Source: Candidatus Aminicenantes bacterium
Lineage (GTDB): Bacteria; Acidobacteriota; Aminicenantia; Aminicenantales; Saccharicenantaceae
Length of the DNA stretch: 64,000 nt
Direction of reading: 5' to 3'
Assembly (NCBI GenBank): GCA_963805045.1
Contig: CAWDTC010000012.1
Span: 64,211 to 128,210, forward strand
In this document: piece after piece, positions 53,027 through 63,064 of the stretch
Layout of the letters: each line of letters starts with the position of its first letter
Position numbering within the stretch: the stretch's first letter is position 1
Translations under genes and position numbers: made by a program
The notes under the pieces: generated by a model
Databases searched by the model: none
The model's input: only the letters and a program-made list of their open reading frames with translations
Told to the model about the DNA's origin: nothing

Positions 53027-54428
53027 ATGAGAACGATCATCCGGAAAGGAGCTCCTGGATCACCTGAGAAGCGTCCAGTTCGCCGTCCTCCTCGCGGCGA
53101 GCGTTCTCCTGTTCGCCGCGAACGGGCTCGTCTTCGTCCAGCAATACACCCGGCTCAACGCCGAGTACCGTCTCCATGTCGCGCAGGAGGAGCAGCACCC
53201 CAGCACGGTCGGGACCTCGCTCTACAGGTCCCCGAACCCCCTCCTGTTCATGGCCGAAGGGGGAGAGAAATCGGTCCCGCAGGGATACGGGCTGAGCCCC
53301 AAGCTGACCCTCTCGCCTTTCCCCGCCGGGACCACGAATTTCAAAATGCCGGACATCCCGGAGCTTGATTGGGCCTTCATCGTCAAGATCGTTTTCAGCC
53401 TGTACGTGATCCTCCTCGGGTTCGAGGCCGTGTCGGGCGAGAAGGAGCGCGGCACGCTCCGGCTGGTGCTGTCCAATCCGGTCGGCCGGTTGAGACTGCT
53501 GACGGGGAAGTATCTCGCAGTCATGGCGAGCGCCGCCATCCCTCTCGCCGCCGGCCTCCTCATCAGCGTCATCGTCATCGGCATCTTCCTCCCGGGCGTG
53601 ATGGGCGCCCAGAACGTGGTGCGCATCGTCTTCTTCTTCGTCCTCGCCCTGGCCTACCTGTCCCTGTTCGCGTTCATGAGCCTTCTCCTGTCCTCGCTCA
53701 TCCCCCGTTCCTCGCTCGTCCTCCTCGTTCTCCTGGCTTTCTGGATCTTCTCCGCGTTCTTCATCCCCGACACGTCGAGCATCATCGCCCAGAGATTCTC
53801 GAAGGTCCCGAGCGAGTACGCGATGGCCAAGCTCCTCGGGCCGACCATGCAGAAGCGAGGTCTTAAGCCGGATCGCGGTCATCGGAGACGGATCCAGAAA
53901 GGCGAGCTCAAGACCGAAAAGGACGTTCTGGAGGAGTCCGACCGCGCCTTCGAAGAGGGCCAGGACAGCGTCCGCAAGCTCTATGACGACTATGAAAATG
54001 CCATGCGGGAGCGCGCCGATCTAGCCCAGCGGATCTCGCGCGCCTCGCCGGCGGCCCTTTTCCAGTACGCCGCCGAGGCCGTCTCCGGGACCGGGCCGAA
54101 CGCGGAGTCCCGGTTCCTCAGGGACGTCAGGAACTATTCCAGGACCTACGATGACTATATCCTCAAGAAGGTGGGGAAGGTCGTCGGCACGTCGCCCTGG
54201 AGCTTCTCGACCGGGGCGACGCTCAACGGCAAGTACATCAACCTCCAATCGCCCTTTCCCCAGGAATACTCGGGGGACAAATCGGATTTCCCGAAATTCT
54301 CGGAGAGCCGGCCGTCGCTCGTCGACGGCCTTCACGACGGCCTGTGGGACATCGCCGGCCTGCTCGTCTGGAACATTCTGCTGGCCGGGCTGGCGTTTTC
54401 GGCCTTCTTGAGGACGGACGTGAGGTGA
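53027..54428 (+). CDS. ABC-2-type permease paralog 6 of 8, one frameshift at codon 8
   Basis: After correction it reads MRTIIRKELLDHLRSVQF. VSGEKERGTLRLVLSNP, ASPAALFQYAA and FPKFSESRP. It ends FLRTDVR. Confidence 0.75.
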
Positions 54429-54433
54429 AATAT

Positions 54434-54462
54434 GGGGACATGTACCTAGGGTACGTGTCCCC
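54434..54462. repeat. palindromic element, family 2
   Basis: GGGGACATGTACCTAGGGTACGTGTCCCC followed by GATTTAGGAGG, between permeases 6 and 7. Confidence 0.8.
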
Positions 54463-54479
54463 GATTTAGGAGGAGGCCC

Positions 54480-55733
54480 ATGACCTGGACCATCGCCCGC
54501 AAGGAGATCGCCTCGAACCTCCTGAGCTATAAGTTCTTCGTCGTCCTCCTCCTCATCGTCCTCCTCGTCGCCACGAGCCTGTTCATCATGCACCGCGACT
54601 TCAAGAGCCGCATGGCCGATTACCAGGTCAACCGGCCCAAGCCCGGCGATCCGATGGCGCTCGTCGCCCCCACCCCCTTGTCGATCTTCGCCAAGGGCCT
54701 CGACGACGCCATGACCCGCTCCTTCGAGGTCGCGGTCATCGGCATCACCGTCCGGGCCGGGCAGGCCTCGGGCAACATCATCTATTCCTTCTTCCCCGCG
54801 CCCGACTTCCTCTACGTCGTCCGGGTCGTCCTCTCGCTCGTCGCCCTCCTCTTCGGCTTCGACCAGGTCAGCCGCGAGCGCGAGCAGGGGACGCTGAAGC
54901 TCCTCCTGGGAAGCTCGATCTCCCGGGCCAAGGTCCTCGCCGGCAAGTGGATCGGGAACTTCCTGAGCCTGGCCGTTCCGTTCCTCCTGGTGACGCTGAT
55001 CGGCCTCCGCCCTCCTCTCGCTCGACCCGGACGTCCATTTCTCGGCCGGCGAGCTCGGGCGCCTCGCCCTGATCCTGGGCCTCTCCCTGCTCTACCTGGG
55101 GTTCTTCCTCAGCCTGGGGATTCTCGTCTCGACGCTGACAAAACGGGCCGCGACCTCCGTCGTCGTCCTCCTCTTTCTCTGGGCGCTCTTCGTCTTTGTC
55201 ATCCCGAACCTCGGCACGCTCGTGGCCCGGCAGTTCGTCGCCGTCCCCTCGGTCCGGGCCCTGTCCGAAAAGCAGGAGCAGGCGTGGACGCGGGAGGTCC
55301 TCCTCGGCATCAGCAAGGGCGGGAACTGGGCAGACCACATGCGGACGCTGAGCGCCGAGGACGACCGGATGGCGCAGGACTACCGCTTGAAGTTCGAGCG
55401 GCTGGTCCGGCTCTCCCGGAACATCAACCGTGTTTCGCCCGCGGCCAGCTTCCTTGACGCGGCGAGCGAGATCGCCGGCACGGGCATCGGCGAGGAGACA
55501 CGCCTCAAAGGGGACGTCGTCCGCTACAAGGACTCGATCATCGACCGAATGATCGCCGACGTCGACGCCAGGAAGCGGGACGCGCAGTACCCGGCCTTCA
55601 CCTACAAGCCGCGGCCGCTGGCCGAGATCTTCGCCGCCGGGCGCCCTCTTCGACACGGCCTGGCTCGCCTTTTTCAACATCCTGGCCGTTCGCCCTGGCC
55701 TACGTTGCTTTCGTCCGCTACGACGTGAGGTGA
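54480..55733 (+). CDS. ABC-2-type permease paralog 7 of 8, frameshifted
   Basis: MTWTIARKEIASNLLSYKF, VSREREQGTLKLLLGSS, VSPAASFLDAA and YPAFTYKPRP. After correction it ends FVRYDVR. Confidence 0.7.
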
Positions 55734-55737
55734 GGCC

Positions 55738-57170
55738 ATGATGAAGACGCTCATCACCAAGGAGGTCCGGGCCAACTTCCTGTCCTTCCGGTTCCTGGCG
55801 AGCTTCGTCATCCTCTTCGTCGTCGTCGCCGTCACGGCCCTCGTCCTGGCCGGCGACTACACGCGGAAGCTCGACGAGTATTCCCAGCGCCAGGCCGAGC
55901 TCGAGCGATACCTCCGGAGCTACGCCCATTTCAACCGGATCGGCAACATCGTGACGCCGACGCAGCCGCCCATCCCCTTCCAGGCCCTCGTCCGGGGCCT
56001 GACGGCCGACGTCAACATGGAGGGCTTCGACGACGACCCCCTGCCGGTCATGTTCCCGCTCATCGACCTCGTCTTCATCGTCACCATCCTCATCAGCCTC
56101 ATCGCCCTGATCCTCTCCTACGACGCCGTCTGCGGCGAGAAGGAGGACGGGACGCTGAAGCTGATGCTCTCGAACGGCCTGCGCGCGGTCGAAGATCGTC
56201 CTGGCCAAGCTCGCCGGCGGCGTCGCTGACCCTGGCCGCGCCGTTCCTCGTTTCGCTCGCGACGGGCATGCTCATCATCCTCCTCCACCCGCGGGTCAGC
56301 TGGACGGGCGCGGATTGGGGCGCTCTCGGGCTCATCGTCGCCGGGGCGCTGCTCTACATCGCCGTCTTCTATCTCATCGGCATCTTCATCTCGTCAGCCC
56401 ACAGGTCGAGCGCCTCGTCGATCATGACCTCGCTCTTCGTCTGGGTCCTTCTCGTCCTGGTCGTGCCCAACCTCAGCCCTTACGTTGCTTCGTTCCTCTC
56501 GCCGGCGCCGTCGCGGATCAAGGTCGCACGGGAGGTGCAGCGTCTGACGGACACCGACCGGGACGACTCGGGGAGAAGCTCATGGACCAATACCGGGGCG
56601 AGGTCCTCAAGCAGTACCCGGTTCTTGCCGAGCGGCTGACGGAGAACGAGGTCAAGGCCAGGGTCGCCGCGGACCCCGAATACCGAAAGGCCTACGAGGC
56701 CATGCGGGCGGCCGTCGAGAGGGCTTGGGAGGAGGCCAACCTGACTCCAGAGCGCCAAGGCCGACGCCCTGAACGAGGACCTCAGCCGCAAGGAGACGGC
56801 CCAGACGGGCCTGGCCCGGTCGATCTCCATGGCCTCGCCGCTCGCCGATTTCAGCTATCTCGCGACAGACCTGTCTTCGACCGGGACGGAGAACATGGCC
56901 CACTTCGGGCGGATCGGCGCGGCCTGGGACCAGGCCTTCTTCCGGGAATACCAGCCGAAGAAGATGGCTGAATTGAAGGCGAAAGACCCGACGGCGGACC
57001 TGTGGAATACGGCCATCGACATGACCGATGCCCCGCGGTTCCGCTACGTCGAAGAAGGGCTAGGCGGTCGTGTCAAGGCGGCGCTCCCGCCATTCGCAGT
57101 GCTTCTCGGCTATTGCGTCGTCTTGTTCGCGGCGGCCTACGTCGCCTTCATCCGCTACGACGCCCGCTGA
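55738..57170 (+). CDS. ABC-2-type permease paralog 8 of 8, frameshifted
   Basis: MMKTLITKEVRANFLSFRF, VCGEKEDGTLKLMLSNG, ASPLADFSYLA and APRFRYVEE. It ends FIRYDAR. Confidence 0.7.
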
Positions 57171-57178
57171 CCAATTAA

Positions 57179-58564
57179 TCAGTGCCGCCTCCGGCGCTCC
57201 TCCACGATCCGCTCGTACTCCAGCGGGTGGAGCGTCCGGAGCTCCCGCCCGGTGATCTTTCCGTCGAGCCAGGTCATGCTCATGGGGAAGTCCTCGGGGT
57301 TGAGGTGGACGTTGTACATGTGCCAGATGATGACGGCCAGGAAGGCGAGCAGCGCCTCGTAGCTGTGGACGACGATGAAGATGTTGTGGACCCAGAGGGG
57401 GAAGAGCCGCAGGGAGAGGTCGACGCGCCACATGAAAAAGCCGCTCACGATCATGACCGCCGAGCCCCAGCCGACGGCCCAGTATTCGAACTTCTCGACG
57501 AAATTGTAGCGGTCGTAGCGGGGCGCCGCCTCGAACAGCCAGTAGGGATGCCCGGCGAAGAACTTCTTCCCGATGCCCAGCCGCCGGGCGAGCCGCGTGA
57601 CGCCGAGGTTGTGGAAAAGCTGCTCGAAGGCGTCGCGGAAATCCCTCGTGCGCGGGACCATGGCCCTGAAATTCGCCCGCCCCCGCGCCGTGAAGATGGT
57701 GTATGCCGCATTCCAGACGAGATTCAGGACGAGGACGACGGCCACGACCCTGTGCAGGACGCCCCGCACGCCCGAGCCCTGCCCGCCCGGCAGGAGCCAC
57801 GCGAGGGGCTTGAACCCGGAGAGGAAGAGGGGCAGGCCGGTAGCCATGAGGGTGAAGAGGGTCAGGATGAGGAGCCCGTGCTGGACGCGCTCCGAAACGC
57901 CCATCCGGACGAAGACCGCGTCGTCCCCCGGGACGTCCGGGCCGCAGACGCGGCCGCCCGCGGCCCTTCTCCGGACCGCCCGGCCGAAGAGGTCGGCGGC
58001 GATGAACAGCAGGAAGGCGCCGACGATGACGGCGATGACGACGCCGTAGACCGACCGGACGACGAGCGGAGCCCGGCCCGCGACCCCGGCCGCCCCTTCC
58101 GGCCGGCTGTGAACCCTCCCCTGGGCGAAGTGTGCCGTCGCGCCGGGGTGGCATCGGCCGCAGGTCCGCGGCAGGTTGGCCGGGAAGGTCGGCGAGGCGG
58201 GGTCCGACGCGCCGAGGACGTCGTGGGTCCCGTGGCAGTCCTTGCACGCGACCGGCGGGCCGCTCCTCCCCGCGGCCGTCCCGCCGTGGACGCCCGCCGT
58301 GTACATCCGGGTCTCCCGGCCGTGGCAGGCGGCGCAATTCACGGCGGCGAGCTTTTCGGGATGGGGGAATTCCCTGAGCGCCTTGAGGTCGGCGTGGCAG
58401 TCGACGCACCCGACCCCCGCCCGCCCGTGGACCGAGGCCAGGAGCGCCGGCCCCTGGTCGGCGTGGCAGGCCAGACACTCGGTGTCCCGCGCCACGGCCC
58501 CGGCTGCGGCCGCGGTCTTCGTCTGGGCCGGGGCGAACGCGAAGCTCAGCGACAGAAGGAACAA
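57179..58564 (-). CDS. fusion of a pentahaem c-type cytochrome domain to a membrane dihaem cytochrome b domain (FdnI/HydC-like; CbcL-like quinol oxidoreductase)
   Basis: Five CxxCH motifs (CLACH, CVDCH, CAACH, CKDCH, CGRCH) are followed by four or five TM helices with conserved His (VQHGLLIL, VLHRVV, IVVHSYEALLAFLAVIIWHMYNVH). The start is uncertain, because the signal-like sequence continues upstream of the TTG. Confidence 0.75.
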   Translation of the reverse strand: MFLLSLSFAFAPAQTKTAAAAGAVARDTECLACHADQGPALLASVHGRAGVGCVDCHADLKALREFPHPEKLAAVNCAACHGRETRMYTAGVHGGTAAGRSGPPVACKDCHGTHDVLGASDPASPTFPANLPRTCGRCHPGATAHFAQGRVHSRPEGAAGVAGRAPLVVRSVYGVVIAVIVGAFLLFIAADLFGRAVRRRAAGGRVCGPDVPGDDAVFVRMGVSERVQHGLLILTLFTLMATGLPLFLSGFKPLAWLLPGGQGSGVRGVLHRVVAVVLVLNLVWNAAYTIFTARGRANFRAMVPRTRDFRDAFEQLFHNLGVTRLARRLGIGKKFFAGHPYWLFEAAPRYDRYNFVEKFEYWAVGWGSAVMIVSGFFMWRVDLSLRLFPLWVHNIFIVVHSYEALLAFLAVIIWHMYNVHLNPEDFPMSMTWLDGKITGRELRTLHPLEYERIVEERRRRH

Positions 58565-58658
58565 GACGGCGGAGACAAGGATGAGGGCGCCGAGGGCGGG
58601 CGCGGCGCGCCCCGCAGGTCCACGCTTCGCGGTCCGGGTGTCCGGGCTCGTCGGTCGA

Positions 58659-59177
58659 TCAGCCTTTCGGGATGGGGTGCTTGATCTTCGCCCAGCCGGC
58701 GTCGGTGTCGAAGACCTTGCCGTGGTCGGTCACGTGGCACCTCTGGCAGCCCGCCTTCAGCTTCTCGGGGGTGCCGTAGAGGACGAGCCCGCTCTTGACG
58801 GCGGCGTCCTTGTCCTTCATGACGGCGAGCTTCCGGTATTCGCTCCCGGGCCCGTGGCAGGCCTCGCAGCCGACGCCCTCGGCCTTGAGGTCAGGGGCCT
58901 TGGCGGCGAGAGGGGCGTGGCAGGCGAGGCAGGACGGGCTCTCGGCGGCGGGCGTCGTCAGGCCGGACTGCTTGGCGAGCTCGGCGGCCGCGGCCGTCCC
59001 CAGCGTCTCGAAGGACTTGGCGTGGGCGCTCGCCTCCCAGATCGGGAATTGCCGTCCCTGCGTCTCCGTCCTGTGACAGATCTGGCACTTCTGGGCGCCG
59101 ACGTAGCTGAACTCCTGGGTCAGGGCCGCCGAGGCGACGACGGCGGCGAGGGCGATGACGAAGAGCGTTTTCTTCAT
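58659..59177 (-). CDS. periplasmic tetrahaem cytochrome c (cytochrome c554-like family)
   Basis: Intact 172-aa ORF with a signal peptide and CQICH, CLACH, CEACH and CQRCH. Confidence 0.8.
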   Translation of the reverse strand: MKKTLFVIALAAVVASAALTQEFSYVGAQKCQICHRTETQGRQFPIWEASAHAKSFETLGTAAAAELAKQSGLTTPAAESPSCLACHAPLAAKAPDLKAEGVGCEACHGPGSEYRKLAVMKDKDAAVKSGLVLYGTPEKLKAGCQRCHVTDHGKVFDTDAGWAKIKHPIPKG

Positions 59178-59334
59178 GGCCTCTCCTCTTCCGCGACCGG
59201 CGTTCCATTGTAAGGAAACCGCCGGAACCTTGTCAAACCGGGCGGCGCCGTTGTCAACGCAAAGTGGAAATGTCCTGTTCTTAGCAACGCGAAAACTCCC
59301 GGCTTCATGGGACGTCCCTGGCGTCCGGCGCGCC

Positions 59335-60400
59335 TCAGGACGAGCGCGGATAGGCGTCGAGGTCGAGGTCTAAGCGTGAGGTCGGGCCGGCGGGCGAACT
59401 TCCGCAGGGCCACGGCCCCGACCATGGCCGCGTTGTCCGTGCAGAGCTTGGGCGACGGGACGAAGGCCGCGAGGTCCGCCTGCCGCGCGAAATCCAGGAA
59501 GCGCGTCCGCAGCCGCGCGTTCCGGGCAACGCCGCCGCAGAGAACGAGCGAGCGGGGCCGGCTCTCGTCGACGGCCCGGCGGACGTGGTCGAGGAGCGAG
59601 CGCGCCACGGTCTCCTCGAAGCTCGCCAGGAAATCCGCGAGCGCCGGACTGTCCTTGGCGATGCCGCTCTCCCGGACGTGCCTCAGGGCGGCGGTCTTGA
59701 GCCCGCTGAAACTGAAATCGAGGCTCCGGTCCTTCGTCCGCGGCACGGCGAAGGGGAACCTCGTCGCGTCGCCGTCGCGGGCCAGTTGTTCGATGACCGG
59801 GCCGCCCGGGTAGCCGAGGCCGAGGAACTTGGCGATCTTGTCCAGCGCCTCCCCGGCCGCGTCGTCTCGGGTCCGGCCCAGGCGCCGGTAGGAGAGCGGC
59901 TCCTCCATGAAATAGAGCGAGGTGTGGCCGCCGGAGACGAGGAGCCCGAGCACGGGGAAGGGGATCTCGGGGTGCTCGAGGAAGGCCGCCTCGAGGTGGG
60001 CCTCGAGATGGTCGACGCCGACGAGGGGCTTGCGGAAATAATAGGCGAGCCCCTTGGCGAAGGAAAGCCCGACGAGGAGCGAGCCGATGAGGCCGGGGCC
60101 CTGGGTCACGGCGAAGAGCCCGATGTCGTCGGCCCGGACCTCCGCCCGCGCCAGGCTCTCCCCGACCACCGCGGCGATCGTCTTGATGTGCTGCCGCGAG
60201 GCGAGCTCGGGGACGACGCCGCCGTAGGGGGCGTGGATCTCGTCCTGCGAGAGGACGATATTGCTCAGGACCTCGGGTGCCGCTAAATTCGGGGGACACG
60301 GACCTTCGGTACATGTCCCCGGGCCGACGGGGAGCTGTCCGGAGCGGAGAACGGCCGCCGACGTCTCGTCACACGAAGTTTCAATGGCCAGCACGAACAT
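59335..60400 (-). CDS. tsaD: tRNA N6-adenosine threonylcarbamoyltransferase, C-terminal frameshift and an N-terminal in-frame insertion
   Basis: IETSCDETSAAV, YGGVVPELASRQH, GPGLIGSLLVG, VSGGHTSL, DDAAGEALDK, GYPGGP and CTDNAAM. The correct C-terminus LDLDLDAYPRSS is in ORF 59335-59529. Confidence 0.9.
60291..60320. repeat. palindromic element, family 2, inside the tsaD coding sequence
   Basis: GGGGGACACGGACCTTCGGTACATGTCCCC with the flanking AAATTCG (GAATTTA on the gene strand). Same core and flank as the intergenic copies. Confidence 0.8.
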
Positions 60401-60454
60401 CGCGGTCCGCCCGCGCCCTATGATATCAGAAAAGGGCCCGCTTGGCGTCGGGCC

Positions 60455-61475
60455 TCAGGGCCCGAATGAAAACGGCGGGCGGAAGAGGCCGCGCTCGGTG
60501 ATGATGCCGGCGATGTATCGCGCCGGAGTCACGTCGAAGGCGGGATTGCGGACCTCGACATCCGGGAGCGTGATGAGCCGTCCGCCGGCCTCGCGGACCT
60601 CCTCCGGCTTGCGCTCCTCGATCGGGATCCGGCTCCCGTCGGCGATCGTCGCGTCGACCGTCGTCATGGGCGCCGCGACGTAGAACGGGACGCCGTTCTC
60701 CTTGGCCAGCACGGCCACCGAATAGGTGCCGATCTTGTTCGCCGTGTCGCCGTTGCGGGCGATGCGGTCCGCGCCGACGATGACGACCGAGATCGCACCC
60801 TGATGCATGAGCCAGCCCGCCATGTCGTCCGTAATGAGCGACGACCGGGATGCCGTCCCGCGCGAGCTCCCAGACCGTCAGCCGCGCGCCCTGGAGGAAG
60901 GGCCGCGTCTCGTCGGCGAAGACCCGGACCTTCTTCCCCTGCTCGACCGCGGCCCGGACGACGCCGAGGGCCGTCCCGTACGCGGCCGTCGCCAGCGCCC
61001 CCGCATTGCAGTGGGTCAGGACCGTGGCTCCGTCCGGGATGACGTCGCGGCCGTGGATGCCGATCGTCCGGTTCGTCTCCGCATCCTCGCGCTCGATCGT
61101 CTTGGCCTCCTCGAGGAGCGCCCTCTTCATCGCCCGCAGGCCGGCGCCGCGGTTCGCTTCGTAGGCCGCCCGCATCCGCTCCAGCGCCCAGAAGAGGTTC
61201 CGGGCCGTCGGCCGCGTCCGCTCGAGCCTCCGGTAGACGCGCTCGAAATCGGCCTCGAGCGAGCGGGCCGTCTCGGCGCGCATGGTCATGACGCCGAGGA
61301 CGAGCCCGTAGGCCGCGGCGATGCCGATCGCCGGCGCCCCGCGGATGACCATCTTCTCGATGGCCTGGGCGACCTGGATGTAGGTCCGGCAGCGGACGTA
61401 GATCTCCTGGGCCGGGAGTTTCCTCTGGTCGATCATGATCACGGATTGGCCGCGCCAGGCGATCGTCGGCAGCAT
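60455..61475 (-). CDS. mtnA: S-methyl-5-thioribose-1-phosphate isomerase, one frameshift
   Basis: [67 protein letters not shown] and AFDVTPA. Confidence 0.85.
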
Positions 61476-61488
61476 CGTCGACTCCGCG

Positions 61489-62356
61489 CTACTCCGTCTT
61501 CCAGCCCGGGGTCCGGGCGTCCTTCCAGCCCCACTTCTTCGCCCAGGCGGCGTGGGCCGTTTCGAAGGCCGCCCGCTCGGCCGCGTCCGACGAGGCCGCC
61601 AGCTTGTCGTAGCAGAAGACGACCTGGTTGTCGTTGTCGCGGAGGACCTTCTCCGAGGGCAGGCCCAGCTCGCGGGCCATGACCGCTTCCTCGTAGCCGC
61701 GCCGGAAGCCGCCGCGGTGGCCCTCGGCCTGGGCGTGGAGATAGTGGTAATAGCCGCAGGCGAAATCCGCCGCCTCGAGCCGCTCGATCGTCCGCACCAG
61801 GTCCGCGAGGGCGCGGGCACGCTCCGCGTCCGCGAGGGCCAGTGCCCGGGCCAGCGTCAGGTCGGCGTAGCGCTCGGCCGCGGCCAGCCGGACCGGCTTG
61901 AAGGAGGATTTCCCGAGCAGGTTCTCGTAGGCGCGAAGCGACGGCTCGCGGAAGCCGATCTCCTCGAACGAGACGGGCGAGGCCGAGGAGCGAGAGGTCC
62001 GAGGCCCAGGCCTCGCCCTCGCCGAACCCCAGGCCCGCCGCCTTGACGAAGCTCGTCTCGGCCTCACGCCAGAGCTCCAGGTTCGCTTCGGCCATGCCCT
62101 TGAGCATGAAGGCCTGGGCCGAAGGGTTCTTCGCCGCCTCGAGCGAGGCCTCGGCCAGGGCGCGCTTGTAGGCGGCCACGGCCTGGTCGGTCCGGTATTG
62201 CTGCGAAAGCTCCTGGGCCTCGGCGTAGGCCGCCTTGGCGTTCCGGAGGTGGGTCAGGCAGGCCGCGGAGAGGAGGAGGGTCAGGGCCGCCGCGACGGCC
62301 GCGAGGCCGGGCCCGCCCCGCCGCCGTGCCCCATGCGTCCCCGCGCCCGTCATCAT
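61489..62356 (-). CDS. hypothetical lipoprotein (TPR-like helical), one frameshift
   Basis: LTLLLSAAC is a lipobox-like signal. The body is helical and Ala-rich. The C-terminal 190 aa are in ORF 61489-62067. Confidence 0.45.
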
Positions 62357-62946
62357 CCGCCCTGCGCGCCCTTCGCCGCCTTCTTCTTCACGGCCCGGAT
62401 GACCGCCTTCTCGACGTCCTCGTCCGAAAGGAGATGGATGCCGAGGGCGGCCAGCTCGGCGCCGAGGTTCTCCAGGGCCGCCCAGAAGCGGGCGTCCGCT
62501 GCGGCCGGACGGATGTCGTCCCGGGCCTTGGCCGCCCTTGCCGCGAACTCGGCGGCGATCTTCCGGTAGTCGCCGGCGGCGAGCTCCTTCTTGAAGAGGG
62601 CCTTGAGGAAGGCGTCCTCGAGCCCGCGGACGGGATAGAGGGCGGGGAACGCGGCCCGCAGGGCCTTCATGTCGCGCGAGGCCAGCTCGGCGGCATAGAC
62701 CTTGCGCAGCGCTTCGTCGGCCGAGAAGAAGTGGAGGATGAACTCGTCCGGCTTGGTCAGGACGGCCTCCGGGTCGAGCCAGACCTGCCAGGCCAGGATC
62801 CGCTCGCGGTAGTCGAAGACGCGGCGCACGGCCCAGACGCAGGCCGAATAGAGGATGGGGAAATAGAGGGTCGTCTGGAGCGGCAGGAACTCGTCGAGGA
62901 TCTCGACCCCGCGGGCCAGGGCGCTCTCGATGTCCTTCTTGCTCAT
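62353..62946 (-). CDS. hypothetical protein
   Basis: Intact 197-aa ORF whose stop forms an ATGA overlap with the downstream gene. No family recognised. Confidence 0.5.
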   Translation of the reverse strand: MSKKDIESALARGVEILDEFLPLQTTLYFPILYSACVWAVRRVFDYRERILAWQVWLDPEAVLTKPDEFILHFFSADEALRKVYAAELASRDMKALRAAFPALYPVRGLEDAFLKALFKKELAAGDYRKIAAEFAARAAKARDDIRPAAADARFWAALENLGAELAALGIHLLSDEDVEKAVIRAVKKKAAKGAQGG

Positions 62947-63064
62947 GGTCCCCTCAAAGGCAGCCTCCCTCCAATTATCACAAACTCCCGGGAAAGGGAA
63001 GTCTGGAAATTGACTATTCCGCCGGCCACGCTTATATTGGGCTCAAGCCAGCAGGGGGGAGCCG

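Noticed and set aside
38392-60320. Palindromic repeats as a CRISPR array
   Set aside because: The copies are kilobases apart and sit in intergenic or coding contexts. There are no regularly spaced repeat-spacer units and no cas genes.
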